Assembly: GCA_000161975.1 (NCBI GenBank)
Contig: GG688422.1
Location: 950,187 to 974,186 of the forward strand
Source: Eubacterium saphenum ATCC 49989
GTDB taxonomy: Bacteria > Bacillota > Clostridia > Peptostreptococcales > Anaerovoracaceae
Direction: 5' to 3'
Length of the DNA: 24,000 bases
The notes below the pieces were generated by a model. It made no database searches, had not been told where the DNA came from, and worked only from the letters and a program-made list of their open reading frames with translations. Made by a program: the position numbers and the translations under genes. Of the stretch, positions 1 through 7,327 are shown one piece after another; within the stretch, counting starts at the first letter, position 1, and each line of letters starts with the position of its first letter.

Positions 1-1
1 A

Positions 2-940
2 AACCCGAATTTGGGGCTTAGGTGTTTGCTTAGAGAGCTCGGGATTGCAGATAGAGAAATAAAGTCTGACGATGTGTCTTTTAGGATAGCGCCGTGCATA
101 AATGCTGCAGGAAGGCTTGAAAACGCTTCTATAGGTGTTGAATTATTCATAACTGATGATGAAAAAAGAGCCATGACGCTTGCAAGGGATCTTGTGAATC
201 TCAACACGAAGCGAAAGGAACTGCAGGTGGCTGAGGTGAAGCGTTCCAAAGAAAAGATGGTGGAAACGGGTGCCGATAAGAATGCTATATTGCTCACCCT
301 CGACATCCATAGCGGGGTTGCAGGGATAGTGTCAGGGAAATTAAAGGAAGATTTCGGTAAGGTAGCTATCGTCATGGTGGATACCGGAGACGGATATCTT
401 AAGGCTAGCGGAAGGAGCCCGGATGCAATAGACCTTTATCAATTGCTTTTGAAGTTTCAGGATCTTTATGTAAACTTCGGAGGGCATTCTGCAGCCTGCG
501 GGTTTACAATTAAAAAAAGCGATGAGAATGTCTTTAGAGAGAGGTTTTACAGGGCTGTAGACGATATGGTGGAGGCAGATCCGGGTAGTCTGAAAAAGAA
601 TTATAAGTATGACCTCAAGGTGGATGTATCCGATATGAATTTAGAACTTGCAAGCGAGCTTAAGATGCTTGAGCCATACGGTAAGTTAAATGAGGATATC
701 AGATTTTTAATAGAAGATGTGGTGCCGTTTAACATGATTTATCTGGGAAGGGACAGCAGGCACATAAAGTTCTTCTTAAAGCAGGCGAGGAACACCTTGG
801 AATGCATGTGCTTTAACGCTGCGGCTGAGGTTATAAATATGATAGAAGAGCAAAAACACATTTCCATAATCGGAAAGTTTGGGGCGAATGAGTATAGAGG
901 CAAGCTGAGCCCTCAAATAACGGTTTCGGATATAATTTAA
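2..940 (+). CDS. recJ: Single-stranded-DNA-specific exonuclease RecJ, C-terminal portion (5' end lies upstream of the window)
   Basis: The frame is open from the window edge (nt 2-10 have no stop ahead of the track's TTG at 11). The product carries RecJ-type motifs SFRIAPCINAAGRLE and the DHHA1 GGH motif (NFGGHSAACGF). Stop at 938-940. Confidence 0.85.
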   Translation, partial: NPNLGLRCLLRELGIADREIKSDDVSFRIAPCINAAGRLENASIGVELFITDDEKRAMTLARDLVNLNTKRKELQVAEVKRSKEKMVETGADKNAILLTLDIHSGVAGIVSGKLKEDFGKVAIVMVDTGDGYLKASGRSPDAIDLYQLLLKFQDLYVNFGGHSAACGFTIKKSDENVFRERFYRAVDDMVEADPGSLKKNYKYDLKVDVSDMNLELASELKMLEPYGKLNEDIRFLIEDVVPFNMIYLGRDSRHIKFFLKQARNTLECMCFNAAAEVINMIEEQKHISIIGKFGANEYRGKLSPQITVSDII

Positions 941-960
941 AGCAATTAGGAGTAGGAATT

Positions 961-2088
961 ATGAAGAAGAATAGCATGGTAACGGGATTTATAGCAGGGG
1001 TAGTGGTATCCGTAATTGTTTGTTCGGTATTTACGCTTGTTTATTTTAAGCCTTTTTCACATGGGGGTAAGAGCGACAGCATAAGCGAGAAGCTTGCCTT
1101 GATAGAAAAGGAGATAGATTCCGAGTTTTATAAGAAATACGATAAAACGAAGGTCAAAGATATGCTTGCAAAGGCATATGTAAAGGCTCTTGGCGACAAG
1201 TATTCAAGATATATGACGGAAAAGGAGTATGCGGAGTACCTTGAAGATAACAAGGGGTCATATTCAGGCATAGGTATAGTGTATGAAAAGGCTCCACGTA
1301 ATCTCTATAGAATACGCAGTGTCATGAAGAAGTCGCCGGCAGAGGAAGCGGGGCTTAAAAAGGGAGACGTGATTACAAAAGTAGAAGGCAGGAATGTAGA
1401 TAAGGGAAAGGACGTGTTGAAGCTAATAAAGGGCAAGGCCGGAACCAAGGTTAAGCTCGTGATAAAGAGAGCCGGAAAACTTAAAAGCTATACCATAGTA
1501 AGGCGAGATATCAAGGAAAAGACGGTATATTCAAGGATAGTGAAGAAAAAATTCGTTCAGATAAGAATTACGAGTTTCGGTGTGAATACGGCAACCGAGT
1601 TTAAAAAGGAATATAGAAAATACAAGGACAAGGGATTTAAAAACATAATTTTAGACCTCAGGTATAACGGTGGCGGCTTTTTGGATTCGGCGCTTGCGAT
1701 AGGAAACATGTTTGTAGATAAGGGGACGGCCATCAAGGTTTACAATAAATCAAAGGAAGAAGATTCATACGAATATGGCAAGGGTAAAGAAGATGCAAAG
1801 GTGGTCATCTTAGTGAATAAATATAGCGCCAGCGCTTCTGAAATTCTCGCGGTATCACTTCAGGAAAACGGCGCCGCAAAGCTGGTTGGAGAAAAGACAT
1901 ACGGTAAAGGCGTAATTCAAACTACACTGCCTCTTAAAAGCGGAGGCGCATTGTATTTGACTACTCTTGAATATGTATCGCCTAAGGGAAAGAAGATTCA
2001 CGGCGTAGGCATAACGCCTGATTACATTGTGCATAATAAGTACAGCGATAAACAGCTGAATAGGGCAATATCTTTACTTAATAAGTAA
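961..2088 (+). CDS. S41-family C-terminal processing peptidase (Ctp/Tsp-like) with N-terminal membrane anchor and PDZ domain
   Basis: SD aggag 8 nt upstream of the ATG. N-terminal hydrophobic helix (VTGFIAGVVVSVIVCSVFTLVYF). PDZ-like segment (SPAEEAGLKKGDVITKVEG). S41 catalytic-region motifs DLRYNGGG and SASASEI. Confidence 0.85.
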   Translation: MKKNSMVTGFIAGVVVSVIVCSVFTLVYFKPFSHGGKSDSISEKLALIEKEIDSEFYKKYDKTKVKDMLAKAYVKALGDKYSRYMTEKEYAEYLEDNKGSYSGIGIVYEKAPRNLYRIRSVMKKSPAEEAGLKKGDVITKVEGRNVDKGKDVLKLIKGKAGTKVKLVIKRAGKLKSYTIVRRDIKEKTVYSRIVKKKFVQIRITSFGVNTATEFKKEYRKYKDKGFKNIILDLRYNGGGFLDSALAIGNMFVDKGTAIKVYNKSKEEDSYEYGKGKEDAKVVILVNKYSASASEILAVSLQENGAAKLVGEKTYGKGVIQTTLPLKSGGALYLTTLEYVSPKGKKIHGVGITPDYIVHNKYSDKQLNRAISLLNK

Positions 2089-2090
2089 TA

Positions 2091-3023
2091 CTAACGGATG
2101 TTTATGAATGCAAGGTAGGCTATGTATGTTAGGAAGAGGGCGATTCCAAGTCCTCTTTTTAATTGCTTTTTAAGGAGTAAATACAGAAGTATCACTATAT
2201 TTATAGAGGCGAATATTATCGCATCTTGGATGTTGTGGACGTTTATAGACAGCGGGGAGATTATAGAAGATACCCCGAGTATCAGCAGAATGTTTATTAT
2301 ATTAGACCCTATTGCATTACCTATAGCTATGCCATGTTCGCCTTTCTTTGCGGCGATTATTGAAGTAGTAAGTTCAGGAAGGGAAGTGCCGAGAGCTACT
2401 ATCGTAAGGCCGATTATCGTATCTGATATGTTAAGTATTTTAGCAAGGATGATGCTGTTTTGTACTACGAGTTGCCCTCCCAGTATTACAGCTACTATCC
2501 CGAGCAATATGAGAAGCAGCGATTTTACCAGCGTAAGCTCGTGATCCTCCGTATTTTCATTGTTCTTGCTGTATCTATAGATTATTAATAAATATGCGGC
2601 GAGCATTATCAGCAGGCTGTAGCCGAGCGCTCGCGGTAGTACTTGAGAACCCGCAAAGATCATAAACAGTGAAAGTATGATTGCAGTGAGGGCGGAGGTT
2701 AGGATATCACGTTTTGTGCTTTTGAAAATATCTTCAGGTAGAGCCTTGATAGATGGGAATAAAGCCACCGCACCGAATATTATGCAAAGGTTCAGGATGT
2801 CAGAACCCAGTATATTGCTTATTGAGATTTGACTGTTTCCCTTAAGTGCAGCCGTAAAGCTCACAGCCGCCTCGGGGAGTGAAGTCCCGAGGGATACAAG
2901 CGTGAGACCTATTACTATCGTAGGGATGTTCAGCCTGTTTGCTATATCTTTGCTTCCCTCTACGAGCCAATCGGCTCCGAAGAATAGTAGTATAAATCCG
3001 AGAATGAGTAATATAATAAACAA
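2091..3023 (-). CDS. CaCA-superfamily (YrbG-like) sodium/calcium-type cation exchanger, polytopic membrane protein
   Basis: 310 aa, very hydrophobic, with two copies of the CaCA alpha-repeat signature (GTSLPEAAVS and GTSLPELTTS). TTG start preceded by GGAGGA (reverse complement of 3028-3034). Confidence 0.8.
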   Translation of the reverse strand: MFIILLILGFILLFFGADWLVEGSKDIANRLNIPTIVIGLTLVSLGTSLPEAAVSFTAALKGNSQISISNILGSDILNLCIIFGAVALFPSIKALPEDIFKSTKRDILTSALTAIILSLFMIFAGSQVLPRALGYSLLIMLAAYLLIIYRYSKNNENTEDHELTLVKSLLLILLGIVAVILGGQLVVQNSIILAKILNISDTIIGLTIVALGTSLPELTTSIIAAKKGEHGIAIGNAIGSNIINILLILGVSSIISPLSINVHNIQDAIIFASINIVILLYLLLKKQLKRGLGIALFLTYIAYLAFINIR

Positions 3024-3095
3024 AATTTCCTCCTGAAATTAAAAACCCACCCATTGACATACATCAAAGGGTGAGTAGTTCTTACCATGATCCTA

Positions 3096-3500
3096 TTAAT
3101 ATGAGTCGATGTAGTTCTTTAATTTTTCCGTATTTGAAAAATACTTCTTCAGCGTGTTGAACGTTTCATCGCTGAAATGGTGCTCTAATTTGCAGGCATC
3201 ACTCGTTGCGATATCTTCAGGCACACCTAGAGTTTTGAAAAACTCAGACACCCATTTATGTCTTTCGTACATTTTTTCCGCTATTTCAAGCCCCTTTGGA
3301 GTGAGAGTTATGGTGTTTCTGATTACTTCCACAAAGCCCTTTGCCTTAAGGTTTTTCATAGCGATGCTTACGCTCGGTTTAGAATATCCGAGCTTGTGGA
3401 CTATATCTATAGCCCTTACTCTGTCAAGTGTTTGGCTAAGCATCAAGATAGCCTCTAGATAATCTTCGCCGGATTCGTAAATTTCCTTCTTTTCTATCAT
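3096..3500 (-). CDS. DtxR/MntR-family metal-dependent transcriptional repressor
   Basis: 134 aa. N-terminal EDYLEAI motif, winged-helix segment (IVHKLGYSKPSVSIAMKNLKAKGFV) and C-terminal metal-site region (CKLEHHFS) resemble B. subtilis MntR. SD aaggaagg upstream. Metal specificity cannot be read from the sequence. Confidence 0.75.
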   Translation of the reverse strand: MIEKKEIYESGEDYLEAILMLSQTLDRVRAIDIVHKLGYSKPSVSIAMKNLKAKGFVEVIRNTITLTPKGLEIAEKMYERHKWVSEFFKTLGVPEDIATSDACKLEHHFSDETFNTLKKYFSNTEKLKNYIDSY

Positions 3501-3518
3501 GGGAAACCTTCCTTTCTA

Positions 3519-4235
3519 CTACATAGATGAGATTGTTGAAAGAGCTAATTTGATCATCTTATCAAGCCCGGTTTCTCTTTCACTTACTGATAACTTTTCG
3601 CCGGTTTCAATGTTGTCTGTTATGGTAAGCATGCTCAGAGCCTTTACTCCGTGGTAGGCGGCGTTTATATACAGCGCTGCCGTTTCCATTTCTATTGCAG
3701 ATATCCCTAATCTTTTCCAGTGCTTGTATCTTTCGTGAGAGCTTTTGCTACTATAAAAAGATTCTTCTGTAAGCACGTTCCCGCTCATAAAGTTTAATCC
3801 GTCTTTTTGAGCCACTGCAATTGCTGCAGTTAAAAGTGAGATATCTGCGACAGGTGCCAAATGACCGTCTATTTGAAACTCACTTTGATAATTTGATGTA
3901 GTGGACGCTGAAGTCGCAAATACAATTTGAGACAGCTTTGCATCGCTTTTTATAGATCCTGCCGTACCTATTCTTATCGCATATTTTACATCGTGATCTT
4001 CAAACAGCTCATAAGAGTAAATTCCCATTGATGGAATACCCATACCGCTTGCCTGGACTGTAATTTCAGTGCCTTCATAGAATCCCGTATAACCATACAT
4101 CGCGCGAATATCGTTTATCAGCCTGGCATCATCCAAATAATTTTCCGCTATGTACTTAGCTCTAAGTGGATCGCCGGGCATCAATACTCTTTCCGCAATA
4201 TCGGCATTTTCAGGAACGTGAAGTGATGCGCTCAT
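3519..4235 (-). CDS. deoD: Purine nucleoside phosphorylase, DeoD type
   Basis: Aligns by eye along its length with DeoD (LMPGDPLRAKYIAENYL, GYTGFYEG, VQASGMGIPS, IEMETAALY, SMLTITD). I place the start at the ATG at 4235 (MSASLH...) because GGAGG sits 8 nt upstream. The track's upstream ATG at 4286 has no SD and adds 17 non-homologous residues. Confidence 0.9.
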   Translation of the reverse strand: MSASLHVPENADIAERVLMPGDPLRAKYIAENYLDDARLINDIRAMYGYTGFYEGTEITVQASGMGIPSMGIYSYELFEDHDVKYAIRIGTAGSIKSDAKLSQIVFATSASTTSNYQSEFQIDGHLAPVADISLLTAAIAVAQKDGLNFMSGNVLTEESFYSSKSSHERYKHWKRLGISAIEMETAALYINAAYHGVKALSMLTITDNIETGEKLSVSERETGLDKMIKLALSTISSM

Positions 4236-4351
4236 ATAATTACCTCCATGCAACTTTATTCTATCATTAAGCGTATGTTTTATCAAGGATAACTATTGTT
4301 TTACCATGACATGTTTCTAAAATAGTCAAATATTTTACGATCTAAAGCATA

Positions 4352-4393
4352 ATTTGACCCCTATTTGAGCTTTCACCCAAATAGAGGTCAAAT
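4352..4393 (-). terminator. Long hairpin downstream of uraA (possible bidirectional terminator)
   Basis: Arms 4352-4367 (atttgacccctatttg) and 4378-4393 (caaatagaggtcaaat) pair at 15 of 16 positions around a 10-nt loop. A clean T-run (tattttttatt) follows on the plus strand. On the minus strand the trailing tract is only moderately U-rich. Confidence 0.5.
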
Positions 4394-4425
4394 ATTTTTT
4401 ATTAAAGAGCTTTATTTTAAGTTTG

Positions 4426-5742
4426 CTATTTTTGGAAGTTCTTGAGCTCTATGTCCTTAGGGTCCACGTGGTCATTAGCAAGGTGAAGCTTATCTATTAT
4501 GTACATTATTAGACCGAGCGCCATGCCCACCATTGCAGCCAGCGCCATTCCTGTGAGCTTCACTTCTCCGAGTTGTATGTATGCTCCTGATAGGCCCGTT
4601 ACAAATACTACAGAGGAGAGCGCAAGGTTTCGGGGTCTTGAGTAATCCACCTTTTCGTCCACCAAAAGCCTCAGTCCGGATGCCGCGATCATTCCATATA
4701 GTAAGAAGCTTACGCCACCCATTACGGGTGCAGGTATGGTTTGAATCAAGGCGGACGCCTTGCCTATGAACGCAAGTATTATTGAGAATACTGCAGCTCC
4801 TCCGATTACCCATACGCTATACACCTTAGTGATTGCCATAACGCCGATGTTTTCACCGTAAGTGGTGGTCGGTACCGAGCCGCATAGCCCTGATATGGTT
4901 GTAGATAGACCGTCTGCCAGGATGGATTTGTGAAGTCCGGGATCCTTTAGCAGGTCCTTTCCTACGATTTCGCTGGTTACTACCTGGTGACCGATATGCT
5001 CCGATATTACTACGAGGGTAGCAGGGAGTATTATCAAGATCGCCTGAAGGTTGAACTTAGGCAGCATGAACGTTGGCAAGCTGAATACGCTTGCACTTGA
5101 AATTGCGGAAAAATCCACAACCCCGAAGGCCAGTGCCGATAGATAGCCTACTACTATGGATATCAATATTGCAATTGCGCTTGCAAAACCTCTAAACACC
5201 ACTCCGCCGAATATCGCCACGAGCAAGGTAATGCAGAATATAGCGATTAGTTTCGGATCCAAGGAAGTGTATCCGTTATCAGGGTTTGGCACTATTGCGC
5301 CGGTTTTGGCAGCTGTGCCTGCAAGCTCGAGACCTATGAGGGCTACTACAGGACCCATTGCAGCAGGTGGCAGCACCACGTCTATCCACTTCGTTCCTAC
5401 GAACTTAATGAGTAGAGCGATTACACAGAATATTATGCCTGAGACTATGAAGCCGCCGAGTGCGTATTGATACCCCAGATTCTTATTTGCAATTATTATG
5501 AAGATGGGTGATAGAAACGCAAAACTCGATCCCAGGTAGGCCGGTGCCTTTCCTCTCGTTATGAGGATGAACAGCAACGTTCCGATTCCGTTCATCAGCA
5601 ATACTATCGAAGGATTGATACCTACAAGCCACGGCACCAGTATTGAAGCGCTGAACATAGCGAACGTGTGTTGGATACTGAGCGGTATCCCCTTTGTTAG
5701 CGGCACTCTTTCGTTTACGCCGATGATTTTTGATTTAGACAT
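4426..5742 (-). CDS. uraA: Uracil permease (NCS2/NAT family)
   Basis: 438 aa. The N-terminus aligns closely with E. coli UraA (IGVNERVPL..IPLSIQHTFAMF, NGIGTLLF, GKAPAYLGSSFAFLSP). SD ggagg precedes the ATG on the minus strand. Confidence 0.9.
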   Translation of the reverse strand: MSKSKIIGVNERVPLTKGIPLSIQHTFAMFSASILVPWLVGINPSIVLLMNGIGTLLFILITRGKAPAYLGSSFAFLSPIFIIIANKNLGYQYALGGFIVSGIIFCVIALLIKFVGTKWIDVVLPPAAMGPVVALIGLELAGTAAKTGAIVPNPDNGYTSLDPKLIAIFCITLLVAIFGGVVFRGFASAIAILISIVVGYLSALAFGVVDFSAISSASVFSLPTFMLPKFNLQAILIILPATLVVISEHIGHQVVTSEIVGKDLLKDPGLHKSILADGLSTTISGLCGSVPTTTYGENIGVMAITKVYSVWVIGGAAVFSIILAFIGKASALIQTIPAPVMGGVSFLLYGMIAASGLRLLVDEKVDYSRPRNLALSSVVFVTGLSGAYIQLGEVKLTGMALAAMVGMALGLIMYIIDKLHLANDHVDPKDIELKNFQK

Positions 5743-5928
5743 AAAAAAACCTCCATTCCTTTAAAAAATACCTTTTCGGAAGGGGGGTTCTTATTAATTG
5801 ATTTGGGAAATTATTTCAGGGTTATTTTGAAACCCAAATCCATCATATAACAATGAAACAAAAATAGCAACAGAATTTATAGAAAAAGTATAAGCTGGAA
5901 GAAAATTTAGAAAAATATCAAGATTTGC

Positions 5929-5957
5929 TTGCATTAACCGCTTGTCAATGGTATGCT
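5929..5957 (+). promoter_or_regulatory. Candidate sigma-A promoter for the DUF3793-like gene/flavodoxin
   Basis: TTGCAT (5929-5934), 17-nt spacer, TATGCT (5952-5957), about 40 nt upstream of the ATG at 5997. Both hexamers are imperfect. Confidence 0.35.
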
Positions 5958-5996
5958 GTCTTTAACGTTTGTTACAACTAGCAAAAGAGGTAGTAG

Positions 5997-6560
5997 ATGA
6001 GCGAATCTTTCGAGTATTATTTGCTTGAACATTGTTCTCCGACATTTGCAGGCATTAAGTGTGCGAGTATGGTGAACATTCCGTGTAGCGATCTTAGTGA
6101 TGTCGTATCTGAAATAGATATGGCGAATGCCGAGTTTCAAGCGAAGAAGCTCGCATTTAAGATTCTCAGGGTTAAAAACGGCAGGGTTTTGGTATATGTA
6201 TACAGGCCCGGAAAGCTCGCAGAGAAGTTTAGGGACATCGATACGCAGCGGTTTTTGGTTAGGTACGGTTACGATGCTGCTTCTTGTGATATAAATTCAT
6301 TGCTAAACAGGTTGATAGCCAGGATGAACGTTCAAAACGAATTTCCTCATGAGATAGGAATATTTCTGGATTATCCTCTATGCGATGTCATAGGGTTTAT
6401 AGAAAATTCAGGGGAAAATCACAGAGTTGCCGGACAATGGAAGGTGTACGGGAACATAGAGGAGGCATGCAAGAGGTTTTGTATGCTTAAGAAATGCCGT
6501 AATGTATACCGAAGGTGTCATAGCAGAGGTAAGACTTTGTACGATCTTACGGTCGGTTAA
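5997..6560 (+). CDS. Uncharacterised protein, DUF3793-like
   Basis: 187 aa. The N-terminal pattern LLEHCSPTFAGIKCASMVNI, the size and the position next to flavodoxin match my recollection of the clostridial DUF3793 family. No catalytic motif recognised. Confidence 0.55.
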   Translation: MSESFEYYLLEHCSPTFAGIKCASMVNIPCSDLSDVVSEIDMANAEFQAKKLAFKILRVKNGRVLVYVYRPGKLAEKFRDIDTQRFLVRYGYDAASCDINSLLNRLIARMNVQNEFPHEIGIFLDYPLCDVIGFIENSGENHRVAGQWKVYGNIEEACKRFCMLKKCRNVYRRCHSRGKTLYDLTVG

Positions 6561-6624
6561 TTTTGTATGAAAGCGGTTTCGCTTCATAGATAGATGTTTT
6601 TTGTAGTAAGTAAAGGAGAATACT

Positions 6625-7047
6625 ATGGCAAAAGTAGCAGTAGTTTATTGGAGTGGCACAGGCAACACGGAGTACATGGCAAACAGCATCGTAGAGGGTG
6701 CAAAGGGTGCAGGTGCAGAAGTTGAAACGTTTACGGCGGGAGATTTCAGCCCTGCAAAGGTAGCTGAGTTTGACGTTATAGCGTTCGGTTGCCCTTCAAT
6801 GGGAGAAGAAGTGCTTGAGGAATCTGAATTTGCTCCTATGTGGGATGAGGTTAAAGGAGAGCTTTCAGGTAAGAAGGTCGCGTTGTTCGGCTCATACGGC
6901 TGGGGCGATGGCGAATGGATGAGAAACTGGGTAGCTGAGTGTAATGAAATCGGAGCTACTTTGATAGGAGAAGGTCTTATGATCAATGAAACACCTGATG
7001 ATGAAGGTGTGGAGGAATGTAAGGCTCTCGGCGCATCTTTAGCTTAG
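6625..7047 (+). CDS. Flavodoxin (short-chain)
   Basis: 140 aa. FMN phosphate-binding loop VVYWSGTGNTE at the N-terminus and a GSYGWGDGEWM segment. SD aaaggag 7 nt upstream. Confidence 0.92.
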   Translation: MAKVAVVYWSGTGNTEYMANSIVEGAKGAGAEVETFTAGDFSPAKVAEFDVIAFGCPSMGEEVLEESEFAPMWDEVKGELSGKKVALFGSYGWGDGEWMRNWVAECNEIGATLIGEGLMINETPDDEGVEECKALGASLA

Positions 7048-7074
7048 ATACGACATTTTAATAAATGATGATGT

Positions 7075-7103
7075 AAAGCCCCCCAAAAAGGGGGCTTTTG
7101 CTT
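7075..7103 (+). terminator. Rho-independent terminator after flavodoxin
   Basis: GC stem gccccc/gggggc (7078-7083 with 7090-7095), A-rich loop, then cttttgcttt. Confidence 0.85.
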
Positions 7104-7327
7104 TATAAATTTAAAAAGATAGTTTCAGATTGCTCCTGTGCGGGAGCTTCCGCACTGGTATTAAGTTTTATTGTTTTAGATGAGGCGGCTGTAGTGGTAT
7201 TTTAGCCATTTTAAAAATAAACTTATTTATTAGGAGAGTATTAGTAAACTTTAATTAAAATTTTCTGATTTTCAGTGTTTTGTTTTGATTAAGGCTGTTT
7301 TATCCAGCTTGAGTCATTAGGAGGGAA

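Noticed and set aside
4236-4286. 17-residue N-terminal extension of deoD from the track (MIKHTLNDRIKLHGGNY)
   Set aside because: GGAGG lies within this extension at ideal spacing for the downstream ATG 4235, and DeoD homology starts at MSASLH.
7130-7230. Possible c-di-GMP or other riboswitch upstream of the surface-type repeat protein
   Set aside because: Only short hairpins are present (gtgcgg/ccgcac at about 7138-7157 and ggct/agcc at about 7196-7216). No conserved GEMM-type segments could be recognised by eye.
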